NCBI GenBank assembly: GCA_963607995.1
Contig: CAVDGK010000001.1
Span: 1-44,262, forward strand
Reading direction: 5' to 3'
Source of the DNA: Oscillospiraceae bacterium
GTDB lineage: Bacteria; Bacillota; Clostridia; Lachnospirales; Lachnospiraceae
Length of the DNA stretch: 44,262 bases
The first letter of the stretch is position 1. Every line of letters begins with the position of its first letter. The notes under the pieces were generated by a model that saw only the letters and a list, made by a program, of their open reading frames with translations, was not told where the DNA came from and did not search any database. The position numbers were made by a program, and so were the translations under genes. Below are positions 8,840 to 17,741 of this stretch, piece after piece.

Positions 8840-9913
8840 ATGCTTCAGTCCATTCAGTACCAGTTTAAAAATATGTTCCAAACCCGGATTCAGTCTCAGA
8901 ACGGCAGGCGTAAGACATACCTTGATATGGTCAAGGGAATCTGTATCATTCTGGTGGTTTTGGGACATAGCGAATATGTATCCCATTATACGAATATCTG
9001 GCTTTCCACTTTTCATCTGCCGGCATTCTTCATCGTCTCCGGCTATTTAACGGAAATGAAGATGGAATTCCAAAAGAACTTTAGAGAGATTTTAATAAAA
9101 AAGGTTCGCTCCCTTCTGGTTCCTTATTTTATCTTTTCTTTTGGGGCACTGCTGGTGGAACTGGCGTTGGGGCATGGCACGAAAGACCTGATCAGTGAAA
9201 TTCTTCTTAAAACTATTTTTCTTAGGGGCTATTCTGTCTTTTGGTTTTTGTCGGCTGCTTTTTTCGGGGAATTGATCTTCCTTGCTTTTCGGAAGAAATT
9301 GCAGCTTAAGGCGGCCCTTCCTGTGCTGGTTCTTATTGCAGTGGTCTTATACAAAGTTTATGATTTGGCATCACTCCCGGATCCGGCAAATATTGTTTTG
9401 CAGACTATTGCCAAATTTTTCATTGCCGCGGCATTTATGGCAATGGGGGCTTTGATCTGCCGCATCATAGCAAAGAGGGAGAAATTTTCAGCAATAGAGC
9501 TGGTGGCGGGCCTTCTCCTTGTGGTGGGAAATTATTTTCTCATCCGTTTTACAGCTCTTGGGACTTATAATCGTGATCTTAATTTTGCTTCTGTTGGCAG
9601 TGTGATCATTTATCTGCTTCAGGGAACCATTGTTTCGATGGGACTTTTTCTTGTATGCAAAAATATTAAAAATATTCCCATCATCACGTTTTTCGGACAG
9701 AATTCTTTGATAATCATGAGCACGCATTTGAATTATTATGTGCTTTATTGTGGGTATCTTCTTTATAAGAAAATAAATCCGCCAATGATTTTTGGAGAGA
9801 CTTTCGCTGTTAATTTTTATTCTGTTTTGCTGACCATGATCATGGAGATTTTCATTATCGTGATCATTAACTGCTTCTTTCCTTTTGTTTTGGGAAAAAG
9901 AAGGCGGGAGTGA
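8840..9913 (+). CDS. Acyltransferase family 3 membrane O-acyltransferase
   Basis: R..YLDMVKGICIILVVLGH, FHLPAFFIVSG, LLVPY, WFL and FGQNSLIIM..H motifs; GGGGG RBS. Confidence 0.88.
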   Translation: MLQSIQYQFKNMFQTRIQSQNGRRKTYLDMVKGICIILVVLGHSEYVSHYTNIWLSTFHLPAFFIVSGYLTEMKMEFQKNFREILIKKVRSLLVPYFIFSFGALLVELALGHGTKDLISEILLKTIFLRGYSVFWFLSAAFFGELIFLAFRKKLQLKAALPVLVLIAVVLYKVYDLASLPDPANIVLQTIAKFFIAAAFMAMGALICRIIAKREKFSAIELVAGLLLVVGNYFLIRFTALGTYNRDLNFASVGSVIIYLLQGTIVSMGLFLVCKNIKNIPIITFFGQNSLIIMSTHLNYYVLYCGYLLYKKINPPMIFGETFAVNFYSVLLTMIMEIFIIVIINCFFPFVLGKRRRE

Positions 9914-10042
9914 AATATTTTGGCTTTTTGTGAAATTTCAAGAGGCTTCGTTCACATCCGCAAGTACCCGTGATAAAATACCAACGCGTAATTTTGTAGA
10001 GGCAATGAATGTAGGCATTGGATGCGTACGAGCAGACTTTTA

Positions 10043-10224
10043 GCACTCCTGCACGTAAGACACGCTTCCGCGACCCTCGTCGAGCACACATGCTCACACT
10101 TAGCGAAGTCGAGTGCTTGCACGATGACTGAGCTTAGTGAAGCAGCGGTTCCTTCGAACGAAGTGAGAATGGAACTACCTCGTTAAGTGCCGGCTTCCTC
10201 GATGGTCTTTCTTAGCAGGTGTGC
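10043..10224 (+). repeat. Structured ~180-bp intergenic repeat, copy 1 (REP/MITE-like or ncRNA)
   Basis: Highly similar to 25511-25683; terminal inverted repeat GCACTCCTGC/GCAGGTGTGC and nested hairpins. Confidence 0.85.
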
Positions 10225-10292
10225 ATAGGCCGTGCTCTGTATAGCAAAATGGATGATTCTATCGATATGATATGAAAGGAAAATTTTATAAT

Positions 10293-10910
10293 ATGAAGAA
10301 AAAATTATTAGCTCTTATGACCGCGACAGCTCTTACTGTTTCACTTTTTGCCATGACAGGCTGCGGAAGCTCTTCAAGTGAAAGCAGCACTTCTGAAGAT
10401 GGCGAACTTCTCAGCGGCATTCATCATGTAGAAATCAATGTGAAAGATTATGGCACCATCAAGGTTGAACTGGATGCGGATACAGCCCCCATCACGGTTA
10501 CCAATTTTGTTAAGCTGGCTGATTCCGGATTTTATGATGATCTGACATTCCATCGTGTCCTCAGTGGTTTCATGATCCAGGGTGGTGACCCTAATGGAAA
10601 TGGAACCGGTGGTTCAGATGAGACCATTAAAGGTGAATTTTCAGATAATGGTGTAGAAAATAATATTTCCCACGAGAGAGGTGTTATTTCCATGGCCCGT
10701 GCTACTGATTATGACAGCGCCAGCTCCCAGTTCTTCATTATGCATGCGGATGCAACTTATCTTGATGGTCAGTATGCCGCTTTTGGTCATGTTACCGATG
10801 GTATGGGAATCGTAGATAATATCTGCAATGATACACCGACTCAGGACAGCAACGGATCCGTTGCTTCCGAGGATCAGCCGGTTATTGAAAGCATCATTGT
10901 AACTGATTAA
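10293..10910 (+). CDS. Cyclophilin-type peptidyl-prolyl isomerase, lipoprotein
   Basis: Signal peptide with MTGC lipobox; APITVTNF, FHRV..GFMIQGGDP, SMARA, SQFFIMH, LDGQYAAFG. An alternative start exists at 10272. Confidence 0.95.
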   Translation: MKKKLLALMTATALTVSLFAMTGCGSSSSESSTSEDGELLSGIHHVEINVKDYGTIKVELDADTAPITVTNFVKLADSGFYDDLTFHRVLSGFMIQGGDPNGNGTGGSDETIKGEFSDNGVENNISHERGVISMARATDYDSASSQFFIMHADATYLDGQYAAFGHVTDGMGIVDNICNDTPTQDSNGSVASEDQPVIESIIVTD

Positions 10911-11025
10911 GGGAAATATGACTGTTGCAGAGTCCTGACGATATAGGCAAAAACTTCAAAGAAGAGATTTTTCAGATAGATACTGAAGGGTCGCAATTAA
11001 ATAATGTCTTTAGGATGAATACGAG

Positions 11026-11060
11026 AAATCCGCCGATACATGAGGTACCGGCGGATTTTT
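11026..11060. terminator. Bidirectional terminator between the PPIase and NUDIX genes
   Basis: AAATCCGCCG...CGGCGGATTTTT. Confidence 0.75.
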
Positions 11061-11065
11061 ATTCT

Positions 11066-11563
11066 TTATAACTGTGACTCTTTCAGGTAAGCAATGAGGA
11101 ATTGTTCGGCAAGGCTTCCCTTGCGGATATTTTCGCAGGCTTCCTTTGGGGTAAACCACTGGAAGGAGTCGATTTCACGATTGACGTGAAGATCCTCGTC
11201 ATTTTTTACAAAAACAGTATAGTTACACATCAGGGTATTTGATGGTTCAAAAAACTGGGAACGGTTGTATTCCAGCCTTTCTACATTCATGCCTGTTTCT
11301 TCACGAAGTTCACGGATGGCTGTTTCTTCCAGGGATTCGCCACGGTTGACATAACCGGCAACCAGGATATAAGTGGGTCGGCCGTATTGTTTAACCAGCA
11401 GGATCTTATTATTTTCTTCGTTGGTTACGATCATGCTGACGGCCACGTTGAACATATGAAAGCGGTATTCCTTGCAAACCGGGCAGTAGGGGATGATGCC
11501 CTCGTGCTCCAGCTCCTTCTGAATCAGCAGGCTTCCGCATTCAGTGCAGTGAGTAAAATTCAT
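11066..11563 (-). CDS. NUDIX hydrolase with N-terminal Zn ribbon (NudC/NADH pyrophosphatase-like)
   Basis: CTECG...CPVC and Nudix box AGYVNRGESLEETAIRELREETG followed by SQ; AAGGAGG RBS. Confidence 0.9.
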   Translation of the reverse strand: MNFTHCTECGSLLIQKELEHEGIIPYCPVCKEYRFHMFNVAVSMIVTNEENNKILLVKQYGRPTYILVAGYVNRGESLEETAIRELREETGMNVERLEYNRSQFFEPSNTLMCNYTVFVKNDEDLHVNREIDSFQWFTPKEACENIRKGSLAEQFLIAYLKESQL

Positions 11564-11839
11564 AACAGTACCTCCTTAACTCGCTCTCTGTAGGAAATGC
11601 TTCCGTCGTTGACATGTTTCCGCCATTTTATAGGAAAAAAGAGAAACAGGCAATAGTCAAAATCTGAAAAATGTTTCAGGTTTGAGCGGACAGATTGTAA
11701 GATGCAGCTTCTTAAAATTTTGAAAGAAGCCTTTTTACTTGATGGAAGTTTTATTGAATATTCAGAAATAAGCGCAGATGCCGTCTTTGCAGAGATGCGT
11801 GAAAATCCCCACGTTTTGAAGTTTGTGAAAGAAATAGCA

Positions 11840-11868
11840 TTGAATGCGCGTGGTAAATGTGTTATGTT
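11840..11868 (+). promoter_or_regulatory. Sigma-A promoter of the cobalamin cluster
   Basis: TTGAAT (11840-45), 17 bp spacer, TATGTT (11863-68) with TGn; lies just upstream of the riboswitch. Confidence 0.55.
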
Positions 11869-11884
11869 AAATGCAATGAAAAAG

Positions 11885-11997
11885 CACAAGCAGATGGAAT
11901 GTGGTTTGTTTCCGCAGCGGCGTCCTTGCCACCGTAAAGTCGGGTCTTTTTGTTTGTGACTCATAGTCTTGGGAAGAGCTCAGGGGCGCTCTTTTTT
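11885..11997 (+). promoter_or_regulatory. Cobalamin riboswitch, compact variant with terminator expression platform
   Basis: Closing stem CACAAGCAGA/TTTGTTTGTG; core GGAA-TGTGG..CCGCA-GCGG..GCCACCGTA-AAGTCGG; loop CGTCCT complementary to GGGGCG in the downstream AAGAGC..GCTCTT-T hairpin; upstream of B12 uptake and synthesis genes. Confidence 0.75.
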
Positions 11998-12028
11998 AGA
12001 CAGAAATGATTAACTACTCATGATATTG

Positions 12029-12060
12029 AACGTCCCAGGTTTTGAATCTGGGACGTTTTT
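12029..12060 (+). terminator. Second leader hairpin/attenuator before the giant gene
   Basis: AACGTCCCAG-GTTTTGAAT-CTGGGACGTT-TTT just upstream of the AAGGAG RBS. Confidence 0.6.
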
Positions 12061-12086
12061 CGTGTGAAAAGGAGAATGAAGCTAGT

Positions 12087-15000
12087 ATGAGAAAGCGTTT
12101 TTTTAGACCTTTATCCATATTGCTTACAGCCAGTATGCTGGCAGGTTCAGCCCCGTGTGCCTACGCAGCAGAAACAGATCCGGCAGCAGAGGCTTCGGTA
12201 GTCGATGAAACTTCCGAAACACCTCAGACGGAACAGGTAAGCAATGAGGAAAACCAGGTTAGTGAAGAAAGCTCTTTGGCAGTGATTCCGGAAGCCACCG
12301 AAACCACAGAGCAGGATACATCGGATGAGAATTCAGAAGTATCTGAAGAGAGTGAAGTAGAACCCCAGGAAAATAAAGATGAAAGCAAAGCTGAGGCTTC
12401 TGAAAATGCAGAAGAGTCCAAGGCTGAAGCTGAATCGGAGGAAGCTTCTGAAAATAATGAGGCTGTCAACGCTGAGCCAGAGAGCACGGCAACGCAGATT
12501 ACGACTCAGCCTGTATCAACAGCCGTAAAGGCAGGTGAAACAGCCAAACTGAGTGTTGTGGCAGAAGGAGATGCCCTCACCTATCAGTGGCAGTATAGCA
12601 GTGATGGTACAACCTATACAGACTGTACAGGGGAAGCAGCTGCGCAGGCAGAGTATAGTTTTACAATGAGCACGTCAACGGTGGGATATTATCGTTGTGT
12701 TGTTAAGGGAACAAATGGGACTGTAACAAGTGATGCGGTCAAGGTTAAACTTGATCTTGGCTCGAAGGATGGCCCAACAACAGAAATTAGTGGTGTCATG
12801 GTGGCGAGAGCTGATGGCAGTGAATATGGCATGGTTCCCGTAAAATCAGCAACCTATGCCATAGAGGGCGATAAGATAAAAATAACATTTACCACTAATA
12901 AAAAGAAAATCTGGACAAGACTGTATCTGGGTTACTGTGACGATGAAACTAAGGAACCCTATGTAGATGGAACTGTTGAAGGAAAATCAACAACATTTAC
13001 CATAGAACTTCCTATTTCTGCAGCTAACACCTGGCAGCCGGTATCTTTCTGGAGACCGGACAAGACAGACACTTCCGGTAATGTAACAGAAGCTGCTCAT
13101 TGGAAGACTGATGAGTATCTCTGGATCAGCATTCCGGATGTAACACGTATCACGACCGAGCCTGCGGCAACAGAAGTTAAGAGTGGCGAAACCGCAAAGC
13201 TGAGCGTCGTGGCAGAGGGTGCCGGTCTTACTTATCAGTGGCAGTACAGCAGCGATGGTACAACTTATACAGATTGTACAGGGGATACAGCAACCCAGGC
13301 AGAATACAGCTTCGAAATGAGCGAAGCCACCGAAGGCACTTATCGCTGTGTTGTCAATGGCGATTATGGATCAGATACCAGTAATGAAGTCAAGGCATCC
13401 ATTGAGCCTGATCGTGAAGGTTACACCTACAATAGTCTGATTACAGCTATTTATTCCAATAATTTGGCTGTCAATAAGGCAAACAAGGTGGGAACGGCTT
13501 ATGGTATGTTCAAAATCGCGGAATCGTCCATGACGATTACGGGAGACAATATTGAAATCACGGTTGGTGTCAGCCCGGCTTCAAGCGGAAATTTCTCATA
13601 CAGTGATATTGCCATTTATACGACGGCAGCAACAGATGCTGCAGATTTAAAGGCAAAACCGGAATCCGCTGCGGTTGTAAGTGGTACAACAGATACAACC
13701 AAAAATCTTCAGTTCTATACTTTCACCATTCCCAAATCTTATGCGGGAAGCGAAGTTTACTTTCTTCCAAAGAGTGCAAGCAAAGGAACCTGGTCTACAT
13801 CATCAGAACTTGCTTTTGCAATTCCGGCTCTTTCGGAATTTAATGCACCGAAGACGGTTACCATTACAACACAGCCTGCTGATGTTAAAGTGGCAGAGGG
13901 TGGAACAGCAACACTTTCTGTAGAAGCAACAGAAAAAAATAGTGCAGCCCTTACCTATCAGTGGCAGTACAGTGCAGATGGCGAAAACTGGAGTGATTGC
14001 ACTGATGGAACGGAGAGCCGTTATTCCTTTACTATGAAAGAAGCTCTGGCAGGAAACTATCGCTGTGTGATTACTTCAGCAAACGGCTCAAGTGAAACAT
14101 CAGAAAGTGCAGCTGTCAGCCTTCCAAAAGCACCTGTTGTCACTGGTGAAAATGTTCAGGTTGTTAAGGATGATGCCTCAAACTTCAAGATGTTTACGGT
14201 TGACAGCTCTGAAGTAAAACAGGATGGCGATAACCTTGAAATTACCATCACAACAAAGAATTATTCCTTTGATAAAATTTATTTCGGCTATAAAGATAAT
14301 GCCGCATCGGCCACAAGCGATATCGTAAGTGGCACACAGACAGAAGATGGCGGTTATACCTTTACTTTCACAAGACCGGCTTCGGAAAAGGGAAGTGTTA
14401 TTCCGATCTCTCTCGGAAAGCCAGCCGGTACCTGGTATAGCAATTACTATCTGTGGATGTATATTCCGGATGAAGGTATTACGGAAGTCGTTGATGCTGA
14501 TATTGCCGCTGTTTATGGTGGAACCGGAGCATCAGCTAAATCTGCATTTAATATTGAATCTTCAAAGGTAATTGAAAAGAGCGACAGCCTGGTTATTACC
14601 TTAAATGTGACGGGAAATACCTACAATAAGCTTTATCTTGGTACCCAGGAGGAAGCGAAGGGACAGGAAGCAACCTGCAGCGGCTCTTACGATTCTGAAA
14701 AGAATATAACCTCTTACACATTCGAGGTTGCCAAGAGCAAGCAGGGTATGTATATAGCTGTAACGCCAGGAAATGACAGCGGCTATTATACAAATGCCCG
14801 GGATATTTTCATTAATATTCCGAACCTGGATAATCTGGAAGCAACATCTGAAAATGGTGTTTACGATCTCTATGGATCAGCTTTCCCCACCAATAATGTA
14901 GCGGCGCTTTGCTTTGAAAGAGAAAGCCAGCTGACTATTGAGGATGGCAAAGTTAAGGTGACGCTTGTTACTCAGGCAAGTAACTATGACAAGATTTACA

Positions 15001-17741
15001 TTGGAAGCGTTACGGATAATGATCTTTTGAAAGAGACAAATGCTGTTTCCTTTACGGAAAGAACCGATATTGGTGCAGCTTATAAGAGTGCAACTTTTGA
15101 GATTTCCTTATCTGATCTTGGAAAAGATATCAATTATGTTGTAAAGAATAGCAAGACGGATTCCTGGAATACGAAGCAGAGTACATTCAAGATTAATGCA
15201 AGACTTGCAAAAACCTCTGACCTTCCCACAGTGACACCAACGACTACCCCGACAGTTACCCCGACGACGACACCGTCTACCACACCGGCAGATGGTATTT
15301 ACAGCACAACAGCAGAGACCGGAGCTGATATGTTTAAGGTAGTTGCTACCGAACTGACTGTTAAGAATGGCGAAATGACCGCCAAGATTACCTTAAGCGG
15401 TACAGGTAATAAGCTTCTTTACATGGGAACCAAGGAAGAAGCTGCCAATGATGAAGCAAATGCCATCAGCCCCTGCGCAACAGTGAAATACACCACAGAA
15501 GAAGGGGAAGAAAAAGATGTCTACCAGTTTGAAATTCCGGTCAGTGCCCTGGATACACCGCTGACAATGGCATCAAAGGGAAGATCAAAGTGGTACGACA
15601 GAACAGTTACCATCAGCTCTGCCGATCTTAAAAAGACCGGAGATGTAACAACACCGACTCCCACGCCATCCACCACACCGGCAGATGGTATTTACAGCAC
15701 AACAGCAGAGACCGGAGCTGATATGTTTAAGGTAGTTGCTACCGAACTGACTGTTAAGAATGGCGAAATGACCGCCAAGATTACCTTAAGCGGTACAGGT
15801 AATAAGCTTCTTTACATGGGAACCAAGGAAGAAGCTGCCAATGATGAAGCAAATGCCATCAGCCCCTGCGCAACAGTGAAATACACCACAGAAGAAGGGG
15901 AAGAAAAAGATGTCTACCAGTTTGAAATTCCGGTCAGTGCCCTGGATACACCGCTGACAATGGCATCAAAGGGAAGATCAAAGTGGTACGACAGAACCGT
16001 TACCATCAGCTCTGCTAATCTTGAAAAGATAGGTGATGTTGAGAAGGATGATTCTAAAGATGATTCCAAGGTAACACCGACGCCAACAGTTAAGCCGACA
16101 GCTGTACCCACAGCAACACCCACAAAGACACCGGATACTACACCGGATAAAGAGTCACAGTACAAAACAGATACAAGTGGTTCAACTTCAGCTGTCAACA
16201 GCTCAACCACCCTTGCAGACGGTGTTTATACACCGGATTCATTCACCTTCTCCGGTGGTACCGGTAAGGTTACCATTACCTGCCCGAAGATCACGGTTAC
16301 AAATGGCCAGGCCTATGCAACCATCGTCTTCAACAGTGCCAAGTATGGTTATGTCAAAGCCAACGGAAATACCTATTATCCGACAGTTTCAGGAAAAACC
16401 TCAACCTTTACGATTCCGGTGGAACTGAACAAAAATAATACCATCATCGGTATGACGACAGCTATGTCAACGCCTCATGAGGTTGAGTACAAGCTCTTTA
16501 TCTATCTGGCAGCTGCAGCAAACGGAACCACGGGAAATTCAAATTCTGGTCTTGTCAGCACATCAAGCAGCACACTGGATGAAACTGCTCCGGAAATTGT
16601 AGGTCTTACCTATGAGTCCGAGGTTAAGCTTGAGAATGCCGAATACTTTAAGATCTACAATTATGAAGATGGTATCGTTCTTCTTGAAATCGATACAACG
16701 AAAGACACAGCTGAAGATCCGGATCTGAAGAAAGAAGATGATTCTTCTGAAAGTGAAGAATCCGAGACGGAAGATGCAAGCGGGGAATCCTCTGAAAGCT
16801 CCAAGGAAGAAGTTATCCTGGAAGAGGAAGAAGCTTCCTATGATGCTCAGGTTACAACAGAAGATAAGGCTAAGCTTTATACTGAAAATGTTGTGAAATA
16901 CCTGATTGTTCCGGAAAATGTCGATGTTCCGGTAGGCCTTGATAAAGATATGATCGTTATCCACAGAACGGACGATGAAGAATTTTCAGCCTTCGTTTCA
17001 TCCTGCGAAGCTCTTGGCTTTATGGATGAATTGGACAGCCTGGATGCATTATCAGCACTGGGCATGACAGAAGATGAACTGAAGGATGGCACGGACCTTT
17101 CCGAGGAACTGACGGTTAAGGAACCGGAAAAGACCACAAAGAAAAACAGCAAGAAGAGTGAAGATTCTGAAGAAAGCTCAGTAGAAGAATCCACAGAAGA
17201 GAATGCATCGACTGAGAGCACAACGTCTGACAGCACCACGGATATCGAAAAGGATGCCTCAATCTACTTTGCAGGCAGCCAGAGTGAACCGGACTTCAAG
17301 CAGATCGTTAAGTCTAAAGTTGACCTTGCTATCTTAAGCAGCTCAATTCTTCCTCAGGAAGTAGAAGATGCTGATGATGAGACTTCAAAGGAAGACTCTA
17401 AATCAGAATCAAACGAAGAATCTGAGAAAGTAAACGAAGAAACTTCTGAGGATGAAACGACAAGTGAGGAATCAAAGGATACGACGGATGATGAAGATAA
17501 GGTTCTGACCGTGGAAGAACAGGAAGAACTTTATGCCGATATCACGGAAAAGATGACGACTCTTGGTATCCCGGTTATCATTGACCGTTCGGCTGATGAA
17601 AAGAGTGAACTTGCCCGTTACGAATGGATCAAGGTTTACGGTGCAATCTTTGGAAAGAGTGATGAAGCAGATAAGCTCTATAATGCAAAGGTAACTGAGC
17701 TTCAGAAGGAAACAACAAATGAAAAAACGACTAACAAATAA
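12087..17741 (+). CDS. Giant secreted multi-domain protein: 3 Ig-like domains, repeated putative cofactor-binding domains, C-terminal degenerate substrate-binding-protein lobe
   Basis: Sec signal peptide (MRKRFF...AYA); three ITTxP...YQWQYS.DG...YRCV Ig repeats; repeated MF..Y.G domains; PT linkers; C-terminus aligns by eye with the next gene's N-half. Confidence 0.85.
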   Translation: MRKRFFRPLSILLTASMLAGSAPCAYAAETDPAAEASVVDETSETPQTEQVSNEENQVSEESSLAVIPEATETTEQDTSDENSEVSEESEVEPQENKDESKAEASENAEESKAEAESEEASENNEAVNAEPESTATQITTQPVSTAVKAGETAKLSVVAEGDALTYQWQYSSDGTTYTDCTGEAAAQAEYSFTMSTSTVGYYRCVVKGTNGTVTSDAVKVKLDLGSKDGPTTEISGVMVARADGSEYGMVPVKSATYAIEGDKIKITFTTNKKKIWTRLYLGYCDDETKEPYVDGTVEGKSTTFTIELPISAANTWQPVSFWRPDKTDTSGNVTEAAHWKTDEYLWISIPDVTRITTEPAATEVKSGETAKLSVVAEGAGLTYQWQYSSDGTTYTDCTGDTATQAEYSFEMSEATEGTYRCVVNGDYGSDTSNEVKASIEPDREGYTYNSLITAIYSNNLAVNKANKVGTAYGMFKIAESSMTITGDNIEITVGVSPASSGNFSYSDIAIYTTAATDAADLKAKPESAAVVSGTTDTTKNLQFYTFTIPKSYAGSEVYFLPKSASKGTWSTSSELAFAIPALSEFNAPKTVTITTQPADVKVAEGGTATLSVEATEKNSAALTYQWQYSADGENWSDCTDGTESRYSFTMKEALAGNYRCVITSANGSSETSESAAVSLPKAPVVTGENVQVVKDDASNFKMFTVDSSEVKQDGDNLEITITTKNYSFDKIYFGYKDNAASATSDIVSGTQTEDGGYTFTFTRPASEKGSVIPISLGKPAGTWYSNYYLWMYIPDEGITEVVDADIAAVYGGTGASAKSAFNIESSKVIEKSDSLVITLNVTGNTYNKLYLGTQEEAKGQEATCSGSYDSEKNITSYTFEVAKSKQGMYIAVTPGNDSGYYTNARDIFINIPNLDNLEATSENGVYDLYGSAFPTNNVAALCFERESQLTIEDGKVKVTLVTQASNYDKIYIGSVTDNDLLKETNAVSFTERTDIGAAYKSATFEISLSDLGKDINYVVKNSKTDSWNTKQSTFKINARLAKTSDLPTVTPTTTPTVTPTTTPSTTPADGIYSTTAETGADMFKVVATELTVKNGEMTAKITLSGTGNKLLYMGTKEEAANDEANAISPCATVKYTTEEGEEKDVYQFEIPVSALDTPLTMASKGRSKWYDRTVTISSADLKKTGDVTTPTPTPSTTPADGIYSTTAETGADMFKVVATELTVKNGEMTAKITLSGTGNKLLYMGTKEEAANDEANAISPCATVKYTTEEGEEKDVYQFEIPVSALDTPLTMASKGRSKWYDRTVTISSANLEKIGDVEKDDSKDDSKVTPTPTVKPTAVPTATPTKTPDTTPDKESQYKTDTSGSTSAVNSSTTLADGVYTPDSFTFSGGTGKVTITCPKITVTNGQAYATIVFNSAKYGYVKANGNTYYPTVSGKTSTFTIPVELNKNNTIIGMTTAMSTPHEVEYKLFIYLAAAANGTTGNSNSGLVSTSSSTLDETAPEIVGLTYESEVKLENAEYFKIYNYEDGIVLLEIDTTKDTAEDPDLKKEDDSSESEESETEDASGESSESSKEEVILEEEEASYDAQVTTEDKAKLYTENVVKYLIVPENVDVPVGLDKDMIVIHRTDDEEFSAFVSSCEALGFMDELDSLDALSALGMTEDELKDGTDLSEELTVKEPEKTTKKNSKKSEDSEESSVEESTEENASTESTTSDSTTDIEKDASIYFAGSQSEPDFKQIVKSKVDLAILSSSILPQEVEDADDETSKEDSKSESNEESEKVNEETSEDETTSEESKDTTDDEDKVLTVEEQEELYADITEKMTTLGIPVIIDRSADEKSELARYEWIKVYGAIFGKSDEADKLYNAKVTELQKETTNEKTTNK
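15279..16015 (+). repeat. Intragenic near-identical duplication (15279-15622 and 15672-16015, period 393 bp)
   Basis: 344 bp identical by eye except one synonymous mismatch (15605/15998). Confidence 0.95.

Noticed and set aside
10043..10224. Hammerhead ribozyme or CRISPR interpretation of the structured repeat
   Set aside because: No CUGAnGA/GAAA core, no repeat-spacer periodicity, and no cas genes.
11560..11964. ORFs 11560-11964 (-) and 11702-11959 (+)
   Set aside because: No recognisable domain; they overlap the promoter and riboswitch and are probably spurious.
15279..16015. Diversity-generating retroelement TR/VR pair
   Set aside because: Both copies are in-frame coding, differ at only one site, and no reverse transcriptase is in the window.
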